The notes under the pieces were generated by a model. That model was not told the DNA's origin. It was given only the letters and a program-made list of their open reading frames with translations, and did not search any database. A stretch of DNA of 64,000 nucleotides from Actinomycetes bacterium (GTDB lineage: Bacteria > Planctomycetota > Phycisphaerae > JAACET01): positions 66,642 to 130,641 of the forward strand of contig JAUXAG010000006.1 in assembly GCA_030614915.1 (NCBI GenBank), written 5' to 3'. The position numbers were made by a program, and so were the translations under genes. Of this stretch, positions 1-10,022 are shown piece after piece (position 1 is the first letter of the stretch; the number at the start of each line of letters is the position of its first letter).

Positions 1-447
1 GTCCAGCTTCGCTTCAAGAACGATAAGGAGCACAATTTGGGCATGCCCCTGCCCAAGGGCAAGCTTCGATTCTTACAGGCCGATGCCGACGGCGAGCTGC
101 ACCAAGTGGGAGAGGATTCTATCGACCATACGCCCAAGGACGAAGAGCTCGAGCTAACCATCGGCCAAGCCTTCGACGTCGTCGGCCAGCGCGTCCAAAC
201 ATCGCAAAGGCGCCCCAGCCGCCGAGTGATGATACAGGATATAAGGATTACCCTGCGCAATCATAAGAATACCCCCATCAAGGCTGTGGTGGAGGATAAG
301 CTCAACGCTCGCCCCGACGCCAACTGGAAGATCACCGCCAAGAGCGATGAGTTTATCAAAGAGGATTTCCAGACCGTAAGCTTCACCTTCGATTTGCCGG
401 CTAACAGCGAAAAAGTGATTACTTATACCGTCCGTTACGACTGGTAG
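1..447 (+). CDS. Partial (5'-truncated by window) secreted protein, paralog of the next two genes; DUF4139-like (family assignment tentative)
   Basis: Open in frame from base 1. C-terminal 149 aa align with the C-termini of ORFs 460-1851 and 1916-3367 (NLGMPLPKGK..., IDHTPKDE..., ends RYDW vs RYWW/RYKW). Confidence 0.8.
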   Translation, partial: VQLRFKNDKEHNLGMPLPKGKLRFLQADADGELHQVGEDSIDHTPKDEELELTIGQAFDVVGQRVQTSQRRPSRRVMIQDIRITLRNHKNTPIKAVVEDKLNARPDANWKITAKSDEFIKEDFQTVSFTFDLPANSEKVITYTVRYDW

Positions 448-459
448 GAGACTTCTATT

Positions 460-1851
460 ATGTTACGTGTAACAATCTTTCTGACAAGCTTGGCTCTGTT
501 GGCCACATCGGCCCTAGCCGACGAAATTATCGACGAAGCCCGCCTGGGGCCCGGCCTGAGTCTGACCGTCTATAACCAGGACTTGGCCGTTATCAAGGAA
601 CGCAGGCTCATGGAGCTGGGCCGCGGGCGAGACGTACTCAAGTTCGCCAAGGTCGCCGCCAGGATTATCCCCCAGACCGTGCAGTTCAGCTCTTTGACCG
701 ACCCCGGTAAGACCAAGGTCCTGGAGCAGAACTACGAGTTCGACCTGGTTTCGGCCGACAAACTGCTGGACAAATACATCGACAAGCCCATCCGGATCAT
801 TACCCGCGATGGCCGAATGACCGAAGGGACGCTGCTGAGTTACGATTCGACCCAGTTGGTCCTGGCCGACGGCGACGGCGGGCCGATCCAGCTCTTGCCC
901 CGACCCAATAACATCCGCGACATCCAGTTCGGCTCCCTCCCTGAGGGATTCCTGACTAAGCCCACGCTGGTCTGGCTCGTCGAGTCGCAAAAGGCTGGCG
1001 AGCACCTGATCAAAGTAGCCTATCAGAGCCGGGGCTTCTCCTGGCGGGCTGACTATACCGCTCTTATCGCCGAGGACGAGAAGAGCATGACCCTGGCTGG
1101 CTGGGTAACAATTACCAATAAGTCCGGGGCCAGCTATCGCGACGCCGGCCTGAAGCTCATGGCCGGTGATGTACACATCGTTAAGGAAGAGAGGCGTCTG
1201 GGCCGGATATCCGGCCCCGAAGGTCGCGAACGCGCGAGTAAATCAGCCCGAGGTTTTGAGGAAAAGGCCTTTGCCGAGTATCACCTCTACACCCTGGGCA
1301 AGACCACCACGCTGCGGGACAACCAGGTCAAGCAGATCGAGCTCTTTCCCATCGTTGAAGAAGTGCCCGTGCACAAGAAGTATCTCTATCGCGGCGGAAA
1401 TGACGTGGGCGTGTATCTGGAAGTCAAGAATACCAAGCAGAATAATCTGGGCATGCCCTTACCAGCCGGCAAGGTCCGCGTCTATCAGACGGATATCGAC
1501 CGGGCCCGGGAGTTCATCGGCGACGACAGTATCGACCATACGCCCAAGGACGAGCCGGTGAAGGTGCGCATCGGCCGGGCCTTTGACCTGGCTGCCCAGC
1601 GGACGCGGATGGACCACAAACGTCCCAGCGATCGGGTGGAGATTCAGACCTGGCAGATAAAGCTCCGCAATCATAAAGACGTCCCCATCGAGATGGAGGT
1701 CCAGGAGTTCCTGCGGACAGGTGTTAACTGGAAAGTAACGGACTTCAGCGACGAATTCACCAAAAAGGATTACCGCACCATCGTTTTCAAGAAAGAAATG
1801 CCGGCCAACAGCGAATGGATCATCAACTACACCGTTCGCTATTGGTGGTGA
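460..1851 (+). CDS. Secreted DUF4140/DUF4139-like protein (tandem paralog 2)
   Basis: 463 aa with N-terminal signal peptide (MLRVTIFLTSLALLATSALA). Shares NYEFDLV..KLL.KYIDK, GW.TI.N and C-terminal R-Y-x-W motifs with the neighbouring paralogs. Family name is from memory of the DUF4139 architecture, not a search. Confidence 0.8.
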   Translation: MLRVTIFLTSLALLATSALADEIIDEARLGPGLSLTVYNQDLAVIKERRLMELGRGRDVLKFAKVAARIIPQTVQFSSLTDPGKTKVLEQNYEFDLVSADKLLDKYIDKPIRIITRDGRMTEGTLLSYDSTQLVLADGDGGPIQLLPRPNNIRDIQFGSLPEGFLTKPTLVWLVESQKAGEHLIKVAYQSRGFSWRADYTALIAEDEKSMTLAGWVTITNKSGASYRDAGLKLMAGDVHIVKEERRLGRISGPEGRERASKSARGFEEKAFAEYHLYTLGKTTTLRDNQVKQIELFPIVEEVPVHKKYLYRGGNDVGVYLEVKNTKQNNLGMPLPAGKVRVYQTDIDRAREFIGDDSIDHTPKDEPVKVRIGRAFDLAAQRTRMDHKRPSDRVEIQTWQIKLRNHKDVPIEMEVQEFLRTGVNWKVTDFSDEFTKKDYRTIVFKKEMPANSEWIINYTVRYWW

Positions 1852-1915
1852 AGATAGAAAGGACAAGCTAACCAGGCCGAGGAACCGTTCCCGGCTAACA
1901 TTTGGAGGAAAAACC

Positions 1916-3367
1916 ATGAAACGCAGCATAACAATTCTATTATCACTGGCAGCGCTGGTCACCTTGGCCGGGGCGCTTGGCGCAGCCCCCAAAGAACAGG
2001 TCAAGCTGACTGTGTACAACAAGAATTTCGCCCTGGTCAAAGACACGCGTCTGCTGGACTCGCCGTTGGAGGCTGGGCTCAACGTAGTCCGCTTTCGCGA
2101 CGTAGCCAGCACCATCGACGCTACCAGCGTTTACTTTCGCTCGCTCACCGACCCGGCCGGCACCACCGTCGTCGAGCAGAACTACGAGTTCGACTTGGTC
2201 AACGCCAACAAGCTGCTGCACAAATATATCGACAAGCAGATCAGCATCTTGACCAAGGACGGCGAATTGTACGAGGGCACCCTGTTGAGCTTCGACGGGC
2301 GGCAAATCGTGCTGGGCGACGAGAAGCAGAAGCTTTCGCTCATCGAGCGGGGCGAGAACATCAAGAAGATCAGCTTCAGCGCCCTGCCCGAGGGCCTCTT
2401 GACTCGGCCGACGCTGGTCTGGGAGCTCCAGGCCGAGGAGCCCGGCAAGCACCTCGTCCAGGTCAGCTACATTGCCCGGAAGATGAACTGGTCCGCCGAT
2501 TACAACCTGGTGATAAACGCTGAAGAAACAGCCATCGATTTATCCGGCTGGGTAACCATCAACAACCGCACGGGCACCGGCTATAAGCAGGCTATGGTCA
2601 AACTGCTCGCCGGCGATACCGGCCGACAAAACTTGCGACGCAGGGAGTTGGGTTTTGGCCCGGACTACTACAAGACCCTGAGCGAATTGGCCCCCACCGC
2701 CAAGCTCGGCCCCGACCCCAGCAGAGCCTTTGCCGAGTACCGCATGTACAAGCTCCCCGAAGCCACCACGGTCAACAACAACCAGGTCAAGCAGATCGAG
2801 CTGATTACCGCCGCCAACGTGCCCGTCAAAAAGATCTACGTTTACGACGGGGCCAAGATCCGCTGGAACTGGTATGGCAGATACTGGGACCGGGGCTTTG
2901 GCCGGGAGGAAAACAAAAAAGTCAATGTCCTCCTGGAGTTCGAAAACCGCGCCGAGGGGAACTTAGGGCTAGCTCTGCCCAAAGGCAAGTGCCGCGTCTA
3001 TAAGCGCGACGAAGATAAGTCCCTGGAGTTCATCGGCGAAGATTTGATCGACCACACTTCCCGCGATGAGAAGGTTACTCTTTATATCGGCGACGCCTTC
3101 GACATCGTCGGCGAGCGGAAGCAGACCGATTTTCGCAAAATCTCCGACCGTATCTGCGAAGAGGATTTCGAGATCAAGATCCGCAATCACAAGGACCAGG
3201 CCGTTACCGTGGAGGTGTTGGAGAAGCTCTATCGCTGGAGCGAATGGACCATGCTCTCGGCCAGCCACGAATATAAGAAAATCAACAGCCGAACGATCAT
3301 CTTCCCCGTCCAGGTTCCCAAAGACGGCGAGGTTGTTATAACCTATTCAGTTCGCTATAAGTGGTAA
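1916..3367 (+). CDS. Secreted DUF4140/DUF4139-like protein (tandem paralog 3)
   Basis: 483 aa, signal peptide, same conserved blocks as 460-1851 (about 45% identity by eye). Confidence 0.8.
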   Translation: MKRSITILLSLAALVTLAGALGAAPKEQVKLTVYNKNFALVKDTRLLDSPLEAGLNVVRFRDVASTIDATSVYFRSLTDPAGTTVVEQNYEFDLVNANKLLHKYIDKQISILTKDGELYEGTLLSFDGRQIVLGDEKQKLSLIERGENIKKISFSALPEGLLTRPTLVWELQAEEPGKHLVQVSYIARKMNWSADYNLVINAEETAIDLSGWVTINNRTGTGYKQAMVKLLAGDTGRQNLRRRELGFGPDYYKTLSELAPTAKLGPDPSRAFAEYRMYKLPEATTVNNNQVKQIELITAANVPVKKIYVYDGAKIRWNWYGRYWDRGFGREENKKVNVLLEFENRAEGNLGLALPKGKCRVYKRDEDKSLEFIGEDLIDHTSRDEKVTLYIGDAFDIVGERKQTDFRKISDRICEEDFEIKIRNHKDQAVTVEVLEKLYRWSEWTMLSASHEYKKINSRTIIFPVQVPKDGEVVITYSVRYKW

Positions 3368-3403
3368 CGGCTGAAGCTCAAACCTACACAAAGGGGACTG
3401 ACT

Positions 3404-4849
3404 ATGAAACGCATTGTCCTAGCCGGAGTTATCTGTTTAGTCCTGTTTGTCAGCCTTTGGCTAATCGCCAGCAGTTCAGATGACGAAGCCGTCCCCAAGC
3501 CGCCCGCCAGCCAGCCGAAGGGAAGGGCTGAACCAGACTCGAGTAATATGACAAAGTGGGGCCCGAAGCTGAGCGAGGAGGAATTGGCAGAGATAGCCAA
3601 GCTGTCTGTGCCAGAATTGGCTGAGATGCTAAGAACTGGGGATACGATGCATAGATTCGCCGCGCTAGATCAGTTGGAAGCAGATGGGGGCTGGAGAAAG
3701 AACTTTGACCTGCTTCTGGGCATTGGCGGGGATATGGTCGTTGGAGGACTGCTCCGTAGGCTTTGTCCGCTGAAGACCTCGGCCCCTGTTGAGGATAAGC
3801 AACTGGTGGACAAGTTCCTAGATTTCTTGCAAGGACAACTTAAGGAGCTAAAACCCTCGGTCTCGGGGCCTCAGGCGGTGCGTAGTATTGTCCGGACTGT
3901 CTTTCATCGTGATCGCGGATTGCCTGGAATGCCTGGATACACCCCGCCGGAAATACCTTACGCCAATGATCGTGTCATTAACATTTTGATTTCCTGCTTG
4001 GACAACGATGATTGGAATGTGCGCGAGGAGGCACTTAATTGGCTAACGAATGTTGGAGCAAACGATCCTGCCAAGATTGACTATGTGATTGCGGCTTTGG
4101 AGACTCAACTGACTAAAGAGCAGGCTTCACAGGAGAATCAAGAGGTTAGGGCAAGGGTTAAGGCATGGCGGGTACAACGTATCCAGGGTATCATCGAAGC
4201 GCTAAAAAGGCCCCCTACGCAATGGAATTACCCAGGCGGACCGGCTATGCCCGGCATGTTCCAGCCCGCCACGCAGCCGCCTTTAGATAAACGCTTTGTG
4301 GATTTAACACCAAAGCAGTTGATACCTCACGTACTCAATCGAAGCAACCCTGATGGCCCTGATGGATGCCGTCTGGCTTGTGCATGGTTTATATGGAAAA
4401 CTCGGAACACACCAGATGGACAGATGCTGCGAAATGAATTAGCCGACAGACTTGTCGAAAAGATTGGAAAAGTAGACAAGGACCAGATGAAAATGGTACA
4501 CGATGTGTATTTCTGGGCTGAGATGTTCGGGCCACTTGGCGCAAGAGAACAGACCGTATCGCTTTTGAAGGAACTAAAATATGTAGATTGCTGCTATGGC
4601 CCCAATCTGGTAAATTCACTGGCGGTTTGTGGTAAGATTGAAGATGCACCAATTCTTATCGAACTTATAGATAAAGAATCAGAAGGTGGAGCTGGTGCTA
4701 TTAATAAGGCTCTTGAGAAACTTACTGGCGTTAAAATGCCTTTGACCAGCCGGAGATATACGGACAAAACTGCATGGCAAGGTTGGTGGGAAGACAACAA
4801 AGACAGAGTGCTCCAGCCCGCCACGCAGGCGGAGGTCGAAATGCCATAG
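3404..4849 (+). CDS. Hypothetical protein with N-terminal signal anchor/TM helix; helical-repeat (HEAT-like) appearance
   Basis: 481-aa ORF with N-terminal hydrophobic helix (VLAGVICLVLFVSLWLIA). No recognisable catalytic motif. Confidence 0.6.
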   Translation: MKRIVLAGVICLVLFVSLWLIASSSDDEAVPKPPASQPKGRAEPDSSNMTKWGPKLSEEELAEIAKLSVPELAEMLRTGDTMHRFAALDQLEADGGWRKNFDLLLGIGGDMVVGGLLRRLCPLKTSAPVEDKQLVDKFLDFLQGQLKELKPSVSGPQAVRSIVRTVFHRDRGLPGMPGYTPPEIPYANDRVINILISCLDNDDWNVREEALNWLTNVGANDPAKIDYVIAALETQLTKEQASQENQEVRARVKAWRVQRIQGIIEALKRPPTQWNYPGGPAMPGMFQPATQPPLDKRFVDLTPKQLIPHVLNRSNPDGPDGCRLACAWFIWKTRNTPDGQMLRNELADRLVEKIGKVDKDQMKMVHDVYFWAEMFGPLGAREQTVSLLKELKYVDCCYGPNLVNSLAVCGKIEDAPILIELIDKESEGGAGAINKALEKLTGVKMPLTSRRYTDKTAWQGWWEDNKDRVLQPATQAEVEMP

Positions 4850-4904
4850 GGCCTGGATTCCCGCTTTCGCGGGAATGACATGGCTACGAATCGTGCATCG
4901 CTGT

Positions 4905-6611
4905 TTACCGGAAGCTTCGCCAGCGGGCGGGCGGCCAATATACACAGGTTACCACGCCTTCGATCAGCTCGGCGGGCACTGTGCCGGGCTGAATTCTCCC
5001 CTGCAGGCTCGGATGGATTTGCCAACCCAGACGGGAATCGCTGCTGACGGCGCTGTTATCGCCGAGGACGTAGTAATGGCCGGGCTGTATCCTCACAGCG
5101 GCGGCCCGGGGCGGGAACTCGCTTGGCTTTGCGGATATGGTCCGATAATGGATGTCCCTGTCGAGCTGAATGCGGCTAATTCTGCCCCGACAATTCTTCG
5201 CGGCAATACTCAACTGACAGGACTGGGGCGGGATTCGCCCAGCGGCCTCGGCTTCAAACGGCCCGACTGCTGCTTGAGCTAGCAACTCTCTATCGGCGTA
5301 CAGATAAGCGTAGCCGTCTCGGATAATCAGCATCAATTCCAAACCGCTGCCGATGCCTCGGCCCAGATGAGCCGTCTCGGTAACATCCGGCTGTTGTCGG
5401 CCGGGCCCCCGGACCGCCAGATTCGCGGCGCCGGCGGCGTCGATGCTTCCGCGGACCTCCCTGCCCGAGTGTTCCCAGAGCAGGCTCAGGCGGCCATGCC
5501 CCTCAAGCTGCGACAGTCGAACGCCCAGCCTCACGTCGTGTATGGGTTTGGGCTCAATATATTCCAAGGCGTTGACGTTGTAGGCCAGCTCGTCCGTAAG
5601 TTCACCCGTCAGCTCAAGTGACTCGGGGCGATTCTAGGCCGAATTGAACAGCCAGCTTCGCCCCTGGGCTTGCCAACCGACGGCGCTTGGCTTCGGCTGC
5701 CACCACAGCTTGGCCCCGGGTGAATCCTCGGCTTGAAACCTTGTATCCAGGACACTCAGCCACATCTCCTCGTGGGCCAACGCCGGCTTGGAGACCAGCG
5801 AACCGTTGATGAAAATCTCCCCGTTGATTATTTGCACCTCTTCGCCGGGCAGACCAACCACTCTCTTCAGCACCAAAGTACTCATGTCGGCCGGCGAATG
5901 AAACATCAGCAGATCCCATCGGCCAGGGCTAAGCCTCTTGCCGGCCAATATTCGATCTCTCGGGGGCGTGGAGCTATTGACAACGGCCAAATCCTCCCCG
6001 CCGCACATCGGGCAGCTCAGGTCTGGCGTGGGCGTGTACTTCCGCTCAGAGGGCAGTAAGCCCACCTTGAACGCATAGCCGCAGCCTCGGCAGCTCAGCT
6101 TGGCATGTTGGCCCAAAAGAGCGGTGGCCATGGAACCTTCACTGATTTGGTATTCTCCGACCAAGAGTTCCCGGCCGGGCCCAAGGGCCAATATCCCAGC
6201 CGGTACTGGAGCCACAGCCACCACAGCGGCCATGGCCACGATACGCAGAAAGGAATTCTCGATAGTTACCTTCCGGAACAGCCAGCCGCAGCGGGCGGCA
6301 TCGACCCAGCCGAGGAGGTGATACAGAGCTACGGCCACGGTTATGGCCACCAGGCGCCATCCGCCCGTGGCCCCAGCCACCAGCAGCCATAGGCCGACCA
6401 AGAGCAGTTCTCCGGCGAACCAGAGGCTGGCCCGGATAGGACGGCCGCTGAGCCACTGCCCCGGACCGGCGAAGGTTAGCGAACCTAACCAGCAGGCCAC
6501 AGCGGTCCAGAGTCGGTCACGCTTCGAGGCTCGCACCCAAGCCTCGATTTTACGCGGATGCCCCGCAGAGTGGACGAGTCTTGAATCTTGCTGGGGGATT
6601 GGTTTGTTCAC
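4905..6611 (-). pseudogene. Signal peptidase I (S26)-like gene with 4-TM N-terminal extension and zinc-ribbon insert, interrupted by a single in-frame TAG (5634-5636)
   Basis: ORFs 5634-6611 and 4905-5567 are in the same frame (6611-5567=1044=348x3). I translated the 22 codons between them by hand and they are open. Upstream part carries box B (EGSMATAL), a CxxC..CxxC insert (CRGCGY...CPMCGG), box C (RWDLLMFHSP) and box D (KRVVGLPGE). Downstream part carries box E (YYVLGDNSAVSSDSRLGW). Confidence 0.55.
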
Positions 6612-6629
6612 AGGATATTCGGGCTGGAT

Positions 6630-7307
6630 CTACCAGCCGGTGAAAAAACCACGCGTGCGATGGCCCTTCAAACTCAGCGTGTATAGCCCTTGGCGCTCAT
6701 CGACAGTCTCCAAAACCATGCTGCACCTGTTACCGAAGATTCCGGCATCGAATGTAAAGCCGTCTTTGCTCAGCAGTGTCTGCTTGTCGCCTCGGGAGCT
6801 GTATTCGTTGGCCGCCAGCATCAGAATACGTCTCATCGATGAGCTGACGCCGAAAACCTCGTTGATCTGGTCGAAGTGACGCGAGGTGTCGAAGAGTATG
6901 TGTCTGAAGTATTGCAGGATAGCTTCTTCCCGCGGGCCGGGCGCAGCCGAGTACTGCTGAAGTTCGCTTGGGGCTACCTGAGTTTCCAGGGCTATCTTCC
7001 AGGTATCTGTCCGCCAGAGGATTAGCAGCGGCGCGCGGACCCAGTGCCAATAGTACTTGGCGGTTACGATACCATCCTCATCAAGGTTTACCATCATCAG
7101 CTCGGTGTTCTTGCTGAGTTCGTCCTTGGCCAAGGCATATGCGTAGCGGTCCTCGGCCTGGACGGGTGTCTTGAAGGCCTCCTGGACATCCACAGCTGTA
7201 GATCGGCCAACTTTCAGCCCCTGCCACTGCTCATAGCGGCAACCCATCAAACTGGTCATCGTTGCAAGTACAAGCACTGCAACTATCGAAAATTTGGCTG
7301 TTCTCAC
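6630..7307 (-). CDS. Hypothetical lipoprotein
   Basis: 225-aa ORF with lipoprotein-type signal (…TMTSLMGC). No known motif. Confidence 0.55.
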   Translation of the reverse strand: MRTAKFSIVAVLVLATMTSLMGCRYEQWQGLKVGRSTAVDVQEAFKTPVQAEDRYAYALAKDELSKNTELMMVNLDEDGIVTAKYYWHWVRAPLLILWRTDTWKIALETQVAPSELQQYSAAPGPREEAILQYFRHILFDTSRHFDQINEVFGVSSSMRRILMLAANEYSSRGDKQTLLSKDGFTFDAGIFGNRCSMVLETVDERQGLYTLSLKGHRTRGFFTGW

Positions 7308-7438
7308 GATCAGTCCTCTCTATCTACACACAACACAGCAGGATACGTTACGTGCTTGTACCCGAGCTGGTTCGGGATAACAAATACTAATATCGGGCAT
7401 TTTTCGGGTCAAGCTTCACGAAAATCCAGTTCTACCAG

Positions 7439-8569
7439 TCAATTATGTTTCAGGGCTAAATGGTCGGCGTGAATTACCTCTTCCCGGACGCCTTCACCGA
7501 GCAGTTCTTTGAGCCGGCTGGACTTTAGACCCTTGATCTTTCTGATCTGAGCGGAGGAGTAATTTACCCGCCCCTTGCCTATTGTTTGCCCATCCGGTCC
7601 GAGGACCTCGACCACCTGAGAAGCCCGGAAGTTTCCTCTTACAGAGGTAATGCCAATCGCCAGGAGACTCTTTCGCGATTCTAGAATAGCCTGAGCTGCC
7701 CCGCTATCGACGCTCAAGGTCCCGGCTGTCTTTGCCGCAGCGCCTATCCAGCGTCTGTGGGCATTGACCCTTTTGCCGGCGGGGATGAACAACGTCCCCA
7801 ATTCTTCGCCCTGCAGGAGCCTGTCGACTATGTGGGGCAATTTGCCGTTGACGATGATGGCTGCGTCGCCGGCATCGGTAACCAGGGCGGCGGCCTGCAA
7901 TTTCGAGGACATTCCGCCAGCCCCACTGCGGCTTCGGCGACCCTGATCCAGACAATAGATCTCTTCGTCCACCTTCTCGACCACCTCCACGACCCGCCCG
8001 TCTTTGAGCAAGCCGTCCACGCTGCTCAAGAAAATCAGCAGGTTGGCCCGCAGTAGATTTCCTACCAGGGCAGCCAATATGTCGTTTTCGCCGAAGCGAA
8101 TCTCCTCCACCGCCACGCTGTCGTTCTCGTTGATGATCGGCACGGCTCGCATCTTGTGCAGGGCATCGATGGTTCGCCGCGTGTTCAGATAGCGGGTGCG
8201 GTTCTCAAAATCCGAACGGGTCAAGAGGATTTGCCCCACCTTCAAGCCGTGTTTGGCCAAGGCCGCTTCGTAGAGGCGCATCAGGTGCGGCTGGCCGATG
8301 GCCGCGGCCGCCTGCAACTGCTCTATTTTCTTGGGACGACTGGCCCGCTCGAGTTGGGCCAAACCCCTGCCGATGGCCCCGCTGGAGACTAGAACGACTT
8401 TGACCCCTCGCTGGTGCAGCTTGGCGATACTCTGGGCCAATTCGCGGATTACTCTGCGATTGTGCCTGGCCCCCGGGCTGTCGGTTTTCGCCAGCACGTC
8501 GGATCCGATCTTGATCACTATCAATTTGGCTTGGCTGAGGACTTTTTGCCGCAAAGTTTTGCTGGGCAT
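7439..8569 (-). CDS. proB: Glutamate 5-kinase (with C-terminal PUA domain)
   Basis: N-terminal VIKIGSDVLA, VLVSSGAIGRG and amino-acid kinase fold motifs. 376 aa is typical of ProB with PUA. Confidence 0.9.
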   Translation of the reverse strand: MPSKTLRQKVLSQAKLIVIKIGSDVLAKTDSPGARHNRRVIRELAQSIAKLHQRGVKVVLVSSGAIGRGLAQLERASRPKKIEQLQAAAAIGQPHLMRLYEAALAKHGLKVGQILLTRSDFENRTRYLNTRRTIDALHKMRAVPIINENDSVAVEEIRFGENDILAALVGNLLRANLLIFLSSVDGLLKDGRVVEVVEKVDEEIYCLDQGRRSRSGAGGMSSKLQAAALVTDAGDAAIIVNGKLPHIVDRLLQGEELGTLFIPAGKRVNAHRRWIGAAAKTAGTLSVDSGAAQAILESRKSLLAIGITSVRGNFRASQVVEVLGPDGQTIGKGRVNYSSAQIRKIKGLKSSRLKELLGEGVREEVIHADHLALKHN

Positions 8570-8590
8570 GGTCGTTTACCTCACGGTTGC

Positions 8591-9988
8591 CTAGTTTTGC
8601 CGGAGGGCGGCTTTGTCCACCGGCGGCGCGCAGGTTCGTGCATGGTGATGGGCTGATCTTCCCAGGATTCGGCAGATCAGCTTCATATGTTTGTCCGTGG
8701 CTCCCTTACGATCCAGAATAACCTTCTGGGCCCGTTGGCCTACGGTCCGGGCCAATCCCGGATCGCCCAAGAGCCTCTGCAGTACGGGGCTCAGCTCTGC
8801 TGGGCCGGCAATCTGAAATGCCGCCTCGGCCTCGAGCAAGGCCCGGACCGGCTCGGCGAAGTTGAAGGTGTGCGGCCCAAAGATGATGGCCTTGCCCAAC
8901 CCGGCCGGCTCCATCATATCCGATCCGCCCAGCGGTACCAACGTTCGCCCCACGAAGACGACTCTGGCCAGACTGTAGAATTTGTCTAATTCACCCATGG
9001 TATCGCCCAGTACCACCGTATCCCGGGGCAAGGCCCCCACCGGGTCCAGCAGCCCAAAGCCCATTACCCGCGGACCCTCAGCGGTTTGTTCGAGCGGCAG
9101 GTCCGGACGCTTCGAACGCCGACGCAGAGCAAAACCCCGCACCCTGATGAGCGAGGCCACCTCGGCAAAACGCTCGGGGTGTCGGGGCACAATCGCCAGG
9201 CGGATGTTCGCATGGCCCTCCTGAAGCAGTTGTTGATGAGCGGTGAGGATCTCCTCTTCCTCGCCGGGCCCGGTGCAACCGGCTACCCACAGATGGTGGG
9301 TAGCCTTGATTCCCAACGCCAGGGCAAGCTCCCCGCTGCCGGGAACCTCCTGGGCCACCACTGTAGAGTCGTATTTCATGGTCCCCGCTACGCTGATTCT
9401 CTCCGCCGGCACACCCACCGCCCGGAAACGCTCGGCTATCTCCTCGTCCTGAGCAAAGACGTGTCTGATGCGCCGGAACATCCGCGAGGTAAGGGCCCCA
9501 ATCAGCCGGTATGCTCGCTTTGAGCTTTCGGTCATTCGCCCGTTGGCCACTATCACCGGAATGTTGAAACGATCGGCCTGCACCATGAAGTTGTACCAGA
9601 CCTCCAGTTCCATCAGGATTACCAGCGACGGTCTTAGTCGGCGAAATACTCTGCTTACCACCCAGCTCAGGTCAAAGGGAAAGTAGAATACCTCTTCTTT
9701 ACCGAACAGTTTGCAGGCCCGGTTGTAGCCCGTCCGCGTAGTGGCTGAAATCCGCAGCTCGTGGTCCGGCAAATCCCCCCGCAGTCGTTTAATCAACGCC
9801 CGGGCGGCGTTAACCTCGCCCACACTTACCGCGTGCAGCCAGATCAGTGGCTGAAGCGAATACCGCCGACGAATGTGGCCCATGCGCTGTCGAAGTCCCC
9901 GGGCATACTTTCCCTGAGTGACTGCCTTATAGACGAACATCGGCATCAACAGCACCACCAATAGAATATAGAATAAATCGAGAATCAT
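8591..9988 (-). CDS. waaA: 3-deoxy-D-manno-octulosonic acid (Kdo) transferase
   Basis: LIWLHAVSVGEV near the N-terminus (KdtA signature WxHxxSVGE) and GT-B C-terminal half. Confidence 0.85.
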   Translation of the reverse strand: MILDLFYILLVVLLMPMFVYKAVTQGKYARGLRQRMGHIRRRYSLQPLIWLHAVSVGEVNAARALIKRLRGDLPDHELRISATTRTGYNRACKLFGKEEVFYFPFDLSWVVSRVFRRLRPSLVILMELEVWYNFMVQADRFNIPVIVANGRMTESSKRAYRLIGALTSRMFRRIRHVFAQDEEIAERFRAVGVPAERISVAGTMKYDSTVVAQEVPGSGELALALGIKATHHLWVAGCTGPGEEEEILTAHQQLLQEGHANIRLAIVPRHPERFAEVASLIRVRGFALRRRSKRPDLPLEQTAEGPRVMGFGLLDPVGALPRDTVVLGDTMGELDKFYSLARVVFVGRTLVPLGGSDMMEPAGLGKAIIFGPHTFNFAEPVRALLEAEAAFQIAGPAELSPVLQRLLGDPGLARTVGQRAQKVILDRKGATDKHMKLICRILGRSAHHHARTCAPPVDKAALRQN

Positions 9989-10022
9989 TATTCCCTCAAG
10001 CCTCAGGCCTTAGGCTTCAAGC

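Noticed and set aside
37-1851. In-frame stop between ORF 37-447 and ORF 460-1851 (same frame, as in the lepB and TMTC cases)
   Set aside because: The second ORF starts with its own canonical signal peptide and is a complete paralog, so these are two genes whose frames coincide by chance.
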